Assembly: GCA_051294375.1 (NCBI GenBank)
Contig: JBJCIZ010000239.1
Span: 2,064,581-2,128,580, forward strand
Reading direction: 5' to 3'
Source: Paraspadella gotoi
Taxonomy: Eukaryota > Animalia > Chaetognatha
Length of the DNA: 64,000 bases
How positions within the stretch are numbered: position 1 is the stretch's first letter; each line of letters starts with the position of its first letter. The notes under the pieces are model-generated. The model did no database searches, was not told where the DNA came from, and saw only the letters and a list, made by a program, of their open reading frames with translations. Of this stretch, positions 39,092 through 52,386 are shown in pieces. The translations under genes were made by a program, and so were the position numbers.

Positions 39092-39342
39092 ATAAGAGAG
39101 AAAGAAAGAAAAGAAGAAGAAAGAGAGACAATGTTAAAAATAAAGAGAGAGAAGAAAGAAAAGAAAAAAAGTATTATTAAGTAGGAAAGAAGAGAGAAAA
39201 GAAAGATAGAAGAAGGATAAGAAAGAAACTGTAAATCTTGGGTTCTCTCAGAATTTTTTTACTTCTTCAATCTCTCTCACAAGAGGGTGTGCGAATTCTA
39301 ACCCTAAACGCAAACTTTTGTTCCGCGCGTTCGATAGACTCT

Positions 39343-39417
<75 letters not shown>

Positions 39418-39890
39418 TTCCGTCTCTCTCTCTCTCTCTCTCCGATGCACTCCAGGTTAAAAAATTGGGTCCAAATCGAGTCGTAATTGAGTCCAAGAGC
39501 CAAACTTATCGAGAAATCGAGTAGGCAAAAGAATAAAACAAACAAACATTACGATCCCAGATAAAATACTTTATATATTTGGAGAAAAACCAAGACGGAT
39601 CTAGTTTGAGCTAAACAGAGAGAAAAATATTAAGTATTAAAATTAAATAAAATCGGCGTAGTGCATTTGGCGAGAAAAATATTTTGTTTGTTTAAGAAGA
39701 ATAAAAGAATCATTTGAGAAACTGTAGATTTAATTGTACGCTACTTTTGCGTAGATTCTCTGCCAGTTTATAAGTTTTCAACTCTTTTCTTTTCTTTTTA
39801 AAAAAATACAAATGAAAATGGGTAAAATAAATATAAAAATAAATAAGCTAGTATCTTGCCACTGACTTTGGAACAGGCTATGGCGGTTTA

Positions 39891-39985
39891 AGACCAATAA
39901 GACCAATAAGACCAATAAGACCAATAAGACCAATAAGACCAATAAGACCAATAAGACCAATAAGACCAATAAGACCAATAAGACC
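39891..39985 (+). repeat. 9-bp minisatellite (AGACCAATA)n; degenerate copies at 330-431 and 13599-13700
   Basis: About 10 perfect units. Confidence 0.95.
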
Positions 39986-40186
39986 TCCATCAATATTACA
40001 AGATAACATAGCAGGACCCTGCAAGCTTTTAATCAAGACTCGCCAAGAGTCAAGAGTGGTCCAAGTCCAAACCACCCAGCTAGACCCTTCCATAGCTGAC
40101 TGTCCCTCGACCCCTCCCCGGGGGTAGGCCCTTTCCCCCCACGGACCCACCCCATGGACCCACACCCCCTTCTCCAACGGCACTAC

Positions 40187-40443
40187 CTTTGTGGTCGCCC
40201 ACGTCGATCGTAGCAACTGCTGGACCCGAAACTCCTCGGTCTCTCGATGTCGTTGTTTTCGTTGTTGTCGTTGTTGTTGTTGTTTTCGACGAAGAGAAAG
40301 GCGTCGGAGGAGGAGGATTGCGACGCCGCCGGCGCCCCCAGCGCCGCCAACAACAACAACGACAGCGCCGCTGAGAAAGCGGCGCGTCTGGAGAGGAATC
40401 TATGAGGTGTAGGATGGAACCGGGGTCGCAAAGTCGTTGCCAT
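40187..40443 (-). CDS. LAMC1: Laminin gamma chain exon 1 (signal peptide, Asn-rich linker, start of LN domain)
   Basis: Translates MATTLRP...AAFSAALSLLLLAALGAPAAS...NNNNNDNN...SSCYDRRGRPQR. CYDxxGRPQR is the typical laminin gamma/netrin LN start. GTAGT donor; phase 2 joins exon 2. Confidence 0.85.
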
Positions 40444-41568
40444 GGTGATGAAATATTGAAAGAGAGCATAGAGAGGTGCGGACGNNNNNNNNNNNNNNNN
40501 NNNNNNNNNNNNNNNNNNNNNNNNNNNNNNNNNNNNNNNNNNNNNNNNNNNNNNNNNNNNNNNNNNNNNNNNNNNNNNNNNNNNNNNNNNNNNNNNNNNN
40601 NNNNNNNNNNNNNNNNNNNNNNNNNNNNNNNNNNNNNNNNGTTTTAAAAAAAGAAAATTAAATGCATATATATCTTCTTCTTTCAAATTAGTTAATTGGT
40701 CGTCGTTATCGTCCAGATTATCGTCGTCGTCGTCATCTTTGCTTTTTTAAATTTTTTTAAAATTGTTCTCCTAAGAACTTGTGCATTTGTTTTGTATCAC
40801 CTCCCCGTCGCACGCGAACGCGGCGCCTCTGACGGGGAAAAAAATTGTTTTTTTCTTTTATTTTTTCGATTTAATTTTTCGTCACATTTTGTTTTGGTTT
40901 TTGTATTTTTGTTTTCATTTTTGAGACGCCGGCGGCGAAAGGAAACCGTGACCCTCTGAAATACGATATTCGGGGAAAAATTAAATTAAAAATATAAATG
41001 AAAAGTTGTTTAATGTCAGTTTAAAAAAAAACAACAAAAAAAAATTTAAAGTCTCCCAGACATAAAAATAAATCGGTTTCGATCAGATTTTGTGACTGAA
41101 AGGAAAAAAAAATGACGAAGAAAAATCGATAAGAATCGGAAAGAAAAAGACGACTATGACGACGACGACTTTGAAGACGACAACAACGACACCGAAGACG
41201 ATAACGACGACGACGACACTGAAGACGACGATAACGACGACGACGACGACGACGACGACACCGAAGACGACGAACGAGACGGAATTTCCTTCCGTGAAAA
41301 AAAAAGTTTTTACAACTTTTTTTCCAGTGAAAGAAAAAAGAAAAATTAATGGAAAATGAAGAAAAGAGTGTGTAGATAAGAAAAGAACATGAAAAAGAGA
41401 GAAAGAGGGAGAGAGAGAGAGAGAGGGAGGGAGAGACAGAGAGAGAGAGAGTGAGAGAAAGAAAAAAATAATTTATTTTTCTGCGATTGTATTTCGTTAC
41501 AGCGAGAGTTAAAAAAGGAAAGCCCGTCTCTTCGGACGAGCCAGGGACAAAGAGAGAAGAGAGAGGAG

Positions 41569-41617
<49 letters not shown>

Positions 41618-42354
41618 CTAATCCTTCAAAGGGAAGACTAGAATAATATTTGAAGGAATTATAGAAATGGGATAGTTCTTTCCCGGGGACCTCTTTCTGA
41701 GAGAGAGAGGGTGAGAGAGGTGAGAGAGAGGAGAAGGAGGAAAGAGGGAAGAGAGGGGAAGACGAGAGAGAGGAAGAGGAGAGGAAAGAGGTGAGAAGAA
41801 AAGGAGAGAGGAAGAGGAGAGAGAAAAGAGAGAGAAAGAGAGAGAGGAGGAAAAGAGAGATGAAGAAGGAGAGAGAGAAAGAGAGAGAGAAAGAGGACAG
41901 AGAAAAAAGAGGGAGGAAGAGGAGAGAAGAAAAGAGAGAGGAAGAGGAGAGAGAGAAAAGATAGAGGAGGAAGAGGAGAGAAAAAAAAGAGAGAGGAAGA
42001 GGAGAGAGAAGAAAAGAGGAGAGGAGGAGAGAGAAAAGAAAGAGGAAAAGGAACAGAGAGAAAAGAGAGAAGAAGAGGGAGAGATAGAAAAGAGAGAGGA
42101 AGAAAGTAGAGAGAAAGGAAAGGAGAAGAGAGAGAGAGAGAAATAGAGAGGAAGAGGAGAGAGAGGAGAGACAGGGTAGAGGAACAATAAAAATAGAGAG
42201 TGAGCAGACTATTTTTCTTTTCTGGTTTCCGTCGCCGCGACGCGTGAACAACGACGAAAATAACAGTAGCTTTTTTTTTTTTAAAGTTGAAAAGTTCCTG
42301 GCGATTATTTACCGCTTTTTTTGAACTGAGCCGAGGACTTGCTTTTTTAATTTA

Positions 42355-42525
42355 TTGTCGCCTGATTCGAGATCAAAAGCCAATGCTTTTTTTTCGCGAT
42401 TGGTTGCCTGATTCGAGTTCCCCGGCTTTGCTTTTTTTTTGATTCGGCGCCTGATTCGAGTTAAGAGGCATTGCTTTTTTTGATTGTCGGCCTGATTCGA
42501 GTTCATCGGTCTTGCTTTTTTTTTT
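42355..42525 (+). repeat. Tandem repeat of about 45 bp, GCCTGATTCGAG...GCTTTTTT (copies near 2877, 16146 and 46790)
   Basis: Four units visible. Confidence 0.75.
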
Positions 42526-44553
42526 TCTTCGGCCTGAAACTCAAAAAATAACGAAATTAAAAATAAAAGCTTTTTTTTTTTTTGCTGGAAAATTGAAATT
42601 TCCAAAATATGTGTGGAGCCCCGAAGAAGAAAAAATATGAGGAAAGCTGCTGTCGGGACTATTAGGTAGGAGAAATATCGTCCAACATGATCTTTGACAC
42701 GTAAAATAGATAATTTATATTATTTCCGCGTCGAATTAATTTAAAAAAGGTTTTCTCAGGCGGGACTTATATTAAGGGGTCACAACAGTGAAAACGCCCC
42801 GGGTTTGGGATTTTGGGTTTGGGTGGATCGGAGTACAATGTTGAATAAGTAATTGATTATAAGAAATAGAAGATTACGGGAAAACCTGGAAACAAAAAAA
42901 AGACCAGTTTTTTAATTTTGGCGCTAATGTCAAGTCTTAACGGTGAACTGTTGCAACCTTTAATGTTCAGTCTATTTATTCCAAATATGTTTTGGTCAAA
43001 AAAATAATAAAAATAAAAACTTTACGTTTTGAATGTGAGGATTAAAAAAATTTTTTTTTGGCAGTGATCGTAATTTTTGAAAAAACCGTTTCTATTTTTA
43101 AATAAAAAACGTGCAGTATATAAGATAAATTTTAAAAAAGGGTTTAAGAATGCTGCATATATGTGTATATACGAAAAACCGGATAGGATGAGTAGAGAGA
43201 AATCGCGGAGAGAGAAGAGAGAGAGAGAGGAGAGAGAGAGAGAGAAAGGCGGAGGAGAGAGAGAGAGGAGAGAGAGAAAGAACAAACAATCAGCTTTTTT
43301 TCCGAAAGGATTAAATTTTTTCTTTTCTTATTTTTTCGATGTCGCAAATCAAACAAAACGCGAATTCATTTTTATAATAGATCGGAACTGAAAAGAACGA
43401 CATGGAATGCTCAAAGGAAAATGGCATGGAATGCCTTAAGGAAAATAGAAAAAATGAACGGTGGAGAACAACATGGAATGCCGAAGGAGAACAAGGAGAA
43501 TGACTTGGAATGCCCATGGAATGACGGGATTAGATGCCAACCGCATCATATGCCAATTGACGCGGCATCGATATGAAAGGAACGATAACGAATTTAAACA
43601 AAAAAAAGAAAACAAAAGGAACATTTAATTCCAACGGGAGAACGGACACTGAATGCTAAAGTAAAGGGGCATCGCATTTCCAATGAGAACGGCATAAAAT
43701 TCCGGAAAAAAAGCAAGAATCGATATGCCGAGAAGGAGAGCAGCATTCGAATTCCGGGAAATTCATACCCTACTCGTTTATTTCATTGCCGATCAAATTT
43801 TTTCTAATTCGATACAAAAAAAAAAATTGGATCAATTTTTCGTTGGTTTTGGCACAACATTTTCTTCAGCGGGAGGGGGGGGGAGGGAAGAACAGATGAG
43901 GTCGTAGTAATATTTGACGTTATGTGTTACATATTATTTTTGTGGTGATATATATTGTGGGAGCACAAAAAGGGAATAGCCTATGACAGACTCAACGCCG
44001 TATTTTTTATTTGTTGATTTAATAATATTTCACATTGAGTGATTTAATTATCAAATTATCTATATATAATTATCGATATAAAAATTATCTATATGACTAT
44101 CATGCCCCTTTGTGTTCCGATTATTGTTGAATTTTGTGCATTGCCTTGCATTGCATGTATTTTGCGATCGATCATTGAAACAAAAGTCAAGCCGTGTTTT
44201 TAAACAAACTCTCTTATAAAAAGAATTCCCGGCAGGTGTCGCTTTTTTTTCCCCGCGCAGGTGAACGAAATATAAACAACACAATGAAACCGCGCGAAAA
44301 ATTTAAAATCTACCGGGTTGAATCCACAAAAGGATCATCTAAGCCTTTTATTTTTTGTGAACGTCATTATTCGCTTCCACCCGAAATGTAGTTTTTTTTT
44401 TGGTTCTTTTTTTTTATAATAAAAAAAAGTAATATCTTCTATTTCTCTCTCCTCTTTTTTTTTCTGGTCCCAAAGCCTGTTTCCTTAAATTAACCATTCA
44501 CAAATACCTCCTCACTTCTCTCTCTCTCNNNNNNNNNNNNNNNNNNNNNNNNN

Positions 44554-44874
44554 TTCGTATTCGTAGCAAACTCTGCTGGACCCGCCCCTGGGGAAACTCC
44601 CGTCGGGTCTTTTCCTCCGATGTCCTTCTTCAGTTGTTTTTTCCCGGTGTTGTTCGTTTTTTGTTTACTATACTATGTTTGGTTCGAACGAACGAGAATG
44701 GCCCGTCGGAGGAGGGAGAGGGATTGCGACCTGCTCGCCGCTCTCCCGGCGCCTCCCCAGCGCCGCCAACACAACAACGACAGCGCCGCTTGGAGAAAAA
44801 AGCGCCCCGCGCGCTGGAGAGGATATCTATGAGTGTTTAGATGTTGAACCGGAGGTTCCGCAAAGTCGTTCCAT
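44554..44874 (-). pseudogene. LAMC1: Further error-rich copy of laminin gamma exon 1, truncated by a gap
   Basis: Aligns by eye to about 40200-40443 with many insertions; abuts an N run. Confidence 0.65.
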
Positions 44875-45972
44875 GGTGATTGAAGGAGTGGCGGGATGGG
44901 GAGAGAGAGAGAGAGAGGAGAGGAGAAGAGGAGGAGAGATGGGGAGAGAGAAGAAGGAGGAGAGAGAGAGAGAGAGACTCGACGGGGGTCTTCTCTCTAA
45001 CTAAGGTTGTCGCCTTCTCCCTCGTAAATTAGAAGCGTTGTTTTAAAAAAGAAAAATTAAATGAATATATATCTTCTTCTTTCAAATTAGTTAATTGGTC
45101 GTCGTTATCGTCCAGATTATCGTCGTCGTCGTCTCATCTTTGCTTTTTTTATAATTTTTTTTAAAATTGTCTCCTAAGAACTTGTGGCATTTGTTTTGTA
45201 TCACCTCCCCGTCGCACGCGAACGCGGCGCCTCTGACGGGAAAAAAAATGTTTTTTTCTTTTTATTTTTTCGATTTAATTTTTCGTTCACATTTTTTTTG
45301 TTTTTTGTATTTTTGTTTTCATTTTTGAGACGCCGGCGGCGAAAGAAGACCGTGACCCTCTGAAATACATATTGGGGAAAAAAATTAAAATAAAAATATA
45401 AATGAAAAGTTGTTAATTGTCAGTTTTTAAAAAAAAAAAAAAAACAAAAAAAAATTTAAAGTCTCCCAGACATAAAAAAAAAAAAAATCAGTTTCGATCA
45501 GAATTTTTGTGACTGAAAGGAAAAAAAAAATGACGAAGAAAAATCGATAAGAATCGCGAAAGAAAAAAGCGACTATAACCGACGACTTTGAAGACGAAAC
45601 AACAACGACATAAACGACGACAAACGAGACGACAACGACCGACGACGGACACTGAACGACGACGATAACGACGCCGACCGACGACACCCGAAGACGACGA
45701 ACGAGACGGAATTTCCTTCCGTGAAAAAAAAAAGTTTTTACAAACTTTTTTTCCAGTGAAAAAAAGAAAAATTAATGGAAAATGAAGAAAGAGTGTGTAG
45801 ATAAGAAAAGAACATGAAAAAGAGAGAAGAGGGGAGAGAGGAGGGAGGGAGAGACAGAGAGAGAGAGAGTGAGAGAAAGAAAAAAATAATTTATTTTTTC
45901 TGCGATTGTATTTCGTTACAGCGAGAGTTAAAAAAGGAAAGCCCGTCTCTTCGGACGAGCCAGGGACAAAGA

Positions 45973-46047
<75 letters not shown>

Positions 46048-48029
46048 GAGGCTAATCCTTCAAAGGGAAGACTAGAATAATATTGAAAGGAATTATAAGA
46101 AATGGGATAGTCTTTCCCGGGGACCTCTTTCTGAGAGAGAGAGGGTGGAGAGAGGTGAGAGAGAGGAGAGAGAAGAAGAGGAAAGAAGAGGGGAAGACGC
46201 GAGAGAGGAAGAGGAGAGAGAAAGAGGTGAGAGAGAAAAAGAGAGAGGAAGAGGGAGAGAGAGAAAAGGAGGAGAAAGAGGAGAGAGAGAGGAAGGAAAA
46301 AAGGAGAGATGAAGAGGAGAGAGAAAAAGAAAGAGAGAGAAGAGGAAGAGGAAGAAAAAGAGAGAGAAGAGGAGAGAAAAAAAAAGAGAGAGGAAGAGGA
46401 GAGAAAGAAAAGAAAGAAGGAGGAGAGGAGGAAAAGAGAAAGAGAGAGAGGAGGAGGAGAAAGAAAAGGAGGAAAAGGAACAGAGAGAAAAGAGCGAGAA
46501 AGAAGAGGGAGAGAGATAGAAAAGAGAGAGGAAGAGTAGAGAGAAAGGAGATAGGAGAAGAGAGAGAGAGAGAAATAGAGAGGAAGAGGAGGAGAGAGAG
46601 GAGAGACAGGGTAGAGGAACAATAAAAATAGAGAAGTGAGCGATACTTTTTTCTTTCTGGTTTCCGTCGCCGCGACGCGTAACAACGACGAAAAATAACA
46701 GTAGCTTTTTTTTTTTTAAAGTTGAAAGTTCCTGTGGATTATTTCCCCTTTTTTTGAAACTGAGCCGAGGACTTGCTTTTTTAATTTTTGTCGCCTGATT
46801 CGAGATCAAAAGCCATGCTTTTTTTTTTTTCCGATTGGTTGCCTGATTCGAGTTCCCCGGCTTTGCTTTTTTTTTGATTCGGCGCCTGATTCGAGTTAGA
46901 TTGCTTTTTTTGATTGTCGCCTGTTGTCGGTTTGTTTTTTTTTTTCTTTCGGCCTGAAACTCAAAAAATAACGAAATTAAAAATAAAAGCTTTTTTTTTT
47001 TTTGCTGGAAAATTGAAATTCCAAAAATGTGTGGAGCCGAAGAAGAAAAAATATGAGGAACGCTGGCTGTTCGGGACTATATTAGGACGAAATATCGTCA
47101 ACATGATCTTTGACACGTAAAATAGATAATTTATTTATTTCGCCGTCGAATTAATTTAAAAAGAGGTTTTCTCAGGCGGGAATAAGCTTATATTAAGGGT
47201 CACAACAGTGAAAACGCCCGGTAGGGGGGAATTTTGGGTGGGTTTGGGTGGAATCGGAGTACAGCTTGACAAGAATTATATGAAGAAATAGAAATCGTAC
47301 GATAAACCGGAAAGTAAAAAGTAAATGACCAATTTTAATTAATATTATTGAAAGCGGCTAATGGACAAAAAAAAGCCCTATCTTAATTCGTTGAGGCGTT
47401 TGCATATTCTTAGTCTTCTTAACGGTAAGTGCCATTTCAGTTCCACGTTATTTATTTCCAAATATGTTTTTGGCATGTCAAAAAAATAATTAAAATAAAA
47501 ACTTTACGTTTTGAAGGTAGGTGAAGGATTAAAAAATTGTTTGCGTGGATGTTAAGTTTTGAAACCGTTGTCATTCAAATAAAAAACGTTGGCAAGTATA
47601 TAAGATAAATTTAATAAAAAAGGTGTTAAGAATGTCATACCAGTAAGTTATCGATGTATCAACGGAAAAACCAGGAATAGGAATTTGAGTCAGAGGAGGA
47701 GGAGACGGGAGAGAGAGATGAGGAGAGAGTGAGAGGAGAGGAGAGAGAGAGATAGAGGAGGAAGGGAGTCCATATTTGAGTGGGATCTGACTGCGTAGGT
47801 AGGAGAGAGCGGGGGGAGAGAGAGAGAAGGGGGGAGGGGGAATGAGAGGGGGGGGAAGGGGAGGGGGGAGGGTGGGAGGAGGAGAGGGGAGAAGGAGAGG
47901 AGGAAGACTAAACAATCAGCTTTTTTTCCGAAGGATTAAATTTTTCCTTTTCTTATTTTTTCTTTTTTCGATTCGCAAATCAAACAAAACGCGAATTCAT
48001 TTTTATAATAGATCGGAACTGAAGAAGAA

Positions 48030-48372
48030 CGACATGGAATGCTCAAAGGAAAATGGCATGGAATGCTTAAGGAAAATAGAAAAAATGACGGTGGAGAACA
48101 ACATGGAATGCCGAAGGAGAACAAGGAGAATGACTTGGAATGCCCATGGATGACGGGATTAGATGCCAACCGCATCATATGCCAATTGACGGCATCGAAT
48201 GATGAACAGGAACGATAACGATTTAAAAAAAAGAAAAAAAAGAACAGCATTTAATTCCAACGGAGAACGGCACTGAATGCTAAAGTAGAACGGCATCGCA
48301 TTTCCAATGAGAACGGCATAAAATTCCGAAAAGAACAGCATCGAATGCCGAAGGAGAGCAGCATCGAATTCC
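48030..48372 (+). repeat. Degenerate GGCATGGAATGC/ACGGCATC tandem array (copies near 3945, 17215 and 43400)
   Basis: Recurring GAATGC and ACGGCA motifs. Confidence 0.7.
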
Positions 48373-49083
48373 GGAAATTCATACCCTACTCGTTTATCCG
48401 AATCAAATTTTTCTAATTCGATGCAAAAAAAAATTGGATCAATTTTTCGTTGGTTTTGAGCTGCACAAATTCTTCTTCAGCGGGAGGGGGGGGGGCAGGG
48501 AGAAAGAACCGATGGTCGTAGTAATATTTGACGTTATGTTTACATATAATTGTTTGTGGTGATATAATTGTGAGGCACAAAAGGGAATAGCCTATGACAG
48601 ACTACGCCGTATTTTTTCATGTTGATTTAATAATATTTCACATTGAGTGATTTAATTATCAAATTATCTATATATAATTATCGATATAAAAAATTATCTA
48701 TATGAGCTATCATGCCCCTGTGTTCCGATTATTGAATTGCATTGCCTTGCATTGCATTGTATTTTGCGATCGATCATTGAAACAAAAGTCAAGCCGTGTT
48801 TTAACAACTCTTTATAAAAAGAATCCCGCGAGGTGTCGCTTTTTTTCCCCGCGCAGGTGACGAAATATAAACAACACAATGAATCCGCGAAAATTTAAAA
48901 TCTACCGGGTTGAATCCAACAAAAGGATCATCTAAGCCTTTTATTTTTGTGGAACCGTCATTATTCCGCCCACGAAATGTAGTTTTTTTTGGTTCTTTTT
49001 TTTATAATAAAAAAAGTATATCTTCTTATTTCTCTCCCTCTTTTTTTCGGTCCCAAAGCCTGTTTCCTTAATACAATTCAAAT

Positions 49084-49192
<109 letters not shown>

Positions 49193-49567
49193 AAGAAGCC
49201 GCAGAAATTTTTTTTTTCAGTTGAAAAATCGTGGAACTAAAAAAAAAAGAAAAGGCGGCGAGAAAGAAAGGGTGACATTAGTTCACAGTTCACAGTTTAC
49301 GGTACACAGGTCACTGTTCACAGTTCACGGTTCGCAGTCGAAAGAAAATTAAAAGAGATTTCAAAGCAAAAAAAATTTTTTTTCAAAGTCGCGACTTCGA
49401 CGCCAAAGAAATAATTATATAGTTTTATTATTAAAAAGAAAATAATAAATAATAATAGTATTAATAATATAGTAATAATAATAATGATATTAAAGAATTA
49501 AAGAAGTGATATGAAAATTATAAAAATTGATATTATTTTAATCGCGAAAATTATTTTTTGATGAAGG

Positions 49568-49603
49568 CTGATGAAGTATTGTATCTTAAAGTCGAAACAT
49601 GTC
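49568..49603 (+). ncRNA. Degenerate solo hammerhead-like motif
   Basis: CTGATGA...CGAAACATGTC core is intact but stem II pairs poorly. Confidence 0.45.
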
Positions 49604-49882
49604 TGTCTAATTAAAAGCTTGTCGTTGTTGAGAAAGACTTCGTCTTCATGTCAAATTTAAAAAAATATCTAAATATTAAATATAAAAAGTATAATTATTT
49701 TTTCTATAAATTAAATGATTTGGTTAGGAAAGATTTTTTTTATAATACTCATCCTTTATCGCCAATTTAGTTAAATTTTTTTTAAATTATAAATATAGGC
49801 GACTTTTGAATTTGACGCTCCTTCATCTTTTTTTTTTATTTTGAGAAGCGGAAAAAAAAGTAGTGGAACTCGAAAAGGCAAA

Positions 49883-49917
<35 letters not shown>

Positions 49918-50714
49918 GAACTAGACACCAGTTCACGATTCACCGACGAAAAAAAAAAGAAAAGAAAAAAGAAAAGAACAAAAAAATTGAAAAGAATTTT
50001 TTTTTTTTGAAGAAGACAAATAACTTTGGTTCTTCGATCAAGTGTTAAAGAAACTCTGCGATGCTTCTTTTATGTTGTTGGTATTTTCAAAGAGAAATAT
50101 TGATTTTAAATTTATCTTATAATGGAAATGATTCCGTTTCTGACACTTGACTTGATGATGAGGGGGTAACAAATTTTAGTGGTGTAATTGAACCCAAGTC
50201 GTTGACTTTAATCATTATATGATCGACGTCCAATTTTAATTCTTTTTTTTTTACGAAAACATTTTTTGGGAAAAAATCGTGATTGCCATCAGGATTTTTT
50301 TTTCATTTTCACTTGAAACTGACGAGTTTAAGCCGATATTGAAAAAAATTAACAACTAGAAAGAAAAAAGATAAAGCAAGAAAAGTAAAAAAGTAAAGGA
50401 AATAAAAAACTATTTTTCTTTAAAATTTGCGGAAAAAAAAATGTGATTTTTTTTGGGGGGAAATATAACGCGAAGCAAATGTGGCAATTTCCTCGGGGGC
50501 ACAATTAGGGGACGGCGCCGCGAGCCAAGCTTTTTAATAAGCTTAAAGGAGAAGTGATAATACGTCGTGTAATATAAAAGGGGTATAAATTATAATGATA
50601 ATAATCAAAATCGACCTGGAATGCAATGATACTGCATTTAACCCTCAATGAGTTTGAGTTTTAGTTTTGAAAACATTATTCTAAGAAATTATTTGAGAAA
50701 GAAGGAGGGAAAAG

Positions 50715-50805
<91 letters not shown>

Positions 50806-50806
50806 A
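50715..50806. repeat. (AAAG)n microsatellite
   Basis: Directly visible. Confidence 0.95.
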
Positions 50807-51764
50807 ATAAAGAAAAAGATGGAAAGAAAAAAAAATAAAGAAAGATAGAAAGGAAAGAATTTAAATGACAGAAAGTGCTATCTCCCGCGTAGCAGAATAC
50901 TTCCATTTAGAAAAAAAAACATAAGTGTTTCTTGTTTCGTGATAAAAAAAACAAAAAAACAAACAAAAAAACAAAAACAACAACTCAACGTTTTGTTTTT
51001 AATCTCGATATATACCAGCCTCGGTTTCACATCGACGGAGGGAAACTTAGGTTAAGATTTCTTCCTCTCTCTTCCCATTTTGTTTTGTTTTGTTTACAAT
51101 TTATTTTTTATTTACATTATCGTCACGTGGCGAAGAGCAGAGTTAAGGGGGGGGACAGGAGAGAAAAAGTAATTGAGCTTTTCCCCGCCCTCGCCTCCCA
51201 CCCTCAGTCTCTGACACTCTGACTTTCACTGTCTCTCACGCTCTCACACAACTTTTGTCATTAATTGGCCTCCGGGAACAATTTAATTTTTTTTCCCTAC
51301 TGGTCCAACGAAANNNNNNNNNNNNNNNNNNNNNNNNNNNNNNNNNNNNNNNNNNNNNNNNNNNNNNNNNNNNNNNNNNNNNNNNNNNNNNNNNNNNNNN
51401 NNNNNNNNNNNNNNNNNNNNNNNNNNNNNNNNNNNNNNNNNNNNNNNNNNNNNNNNNNNNNNNNNNNNNNNNNNNNNNNNNNNNNNNNNNNNNNNNNNNN
51501 NNNNNNNNNNNNNNNNNNNNNNNNNNNNNNNNNNNNNNNNNNNNNNNNNNNNNNNNNNNNNNNNNNNNNNNNNNNNNNNNNNNNNNNNNNNNNNNNNNGA
51601 TAGACAGACAGACGGGGAAAGAAGAGACAGAGAGACGCAGCGGAAAGAAGAAATAAAGATAAAAAGGACGTGAACCAAAGAAAACACAATTAAGTCTTAG
51701 CAGCAATCGTCACTTTACTTTGTAGCAACCTAGAATAAAAAAAACATTACTCGAAAAAAAAACC

Positions 51765-51990
51765 TGTTTGCAGCAACCATGCTTGAAAATTTAAGTTTGT
51801 TGTCTTTGCTGCAATGAGATTACAAAAAAAAAAAATTATTTCGTCTCTGCAGCAACCGTGGATAAAAAAATTTATGCATTTAGTCTCTGCAGCAACCGTG
51901 GATAAAAAAAATTATGCTTTTAGTCTCTGCAGCAACCGTGGCTAAAAAAAATAAAAGAAGGTTGCTAATTCGGTCTTTGCAGCAACCGTG
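51765..51990 (+). repeat. Tandem repeat of about 41 bp with core TCTCTGCAGCAACCGTGG
   Basis: Three close units at 51843-51940 plus degenerate flanking units. Confidence 0.8.
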
Positions 51991-52088
51991 ACATAAAAAT
52001 AAAAGTTGCGCATCAAATCCTCGCGGATTCAATTCGAATCCTCATTAATCTCGACGGAATCTTTCGTCTCCGTCGGGAACTCCGGAAG

Positions 52089-52386
52089 AGGCCGACGAAT
52101 GGCCGACAAATGGCCAAAGAATGGCCGACAAAAGGCCGACGAATGGGAGACAAATGGCCGAAGAATGGCCGACAAAAGGCCGACGAATGGGAGACAAATG
52201 GCCGAGGATTGGTGGACGAATGGGAAACGAATGGCTGAAGAATGGCCGACAAAAGGCCGACGAATGGCCGACGTATGGCCGACGATTGGCCGAGGAATGG
52301 CTGACGATGTGCCGACAAATAGCCAACAAATGGCCGACGAATGGGCGAAGAATGGCCGACAAGTTAATTAGGAATGGCCGACAAAT
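52089..52386 (+). repeat. 11-bp minisatellite (GAATGGCCGAC)n
   Basis: Many variant units; explains the spurious ORFs 52006-52426. Confidence 0.92.

Noticed and set aside
25170-40443. Netrin as the identity of the LN-LE gene
   Set aside because: More than three LE repeats followed by an L4 YFVAP exon indicate laminin gamma.
41156-41359. Thr-rich mucin-like ORF
   Set aside because: An (ACG)n microsatellite whose frame is not kept in the other three copies.
51765-52386. CRISPR-like appearance of spaced repeats
   Set aside because: The spacers are themselves repeated or low complexity, there are no cas genes, and the context is eukaryotic; these are ordinary minisatellites.
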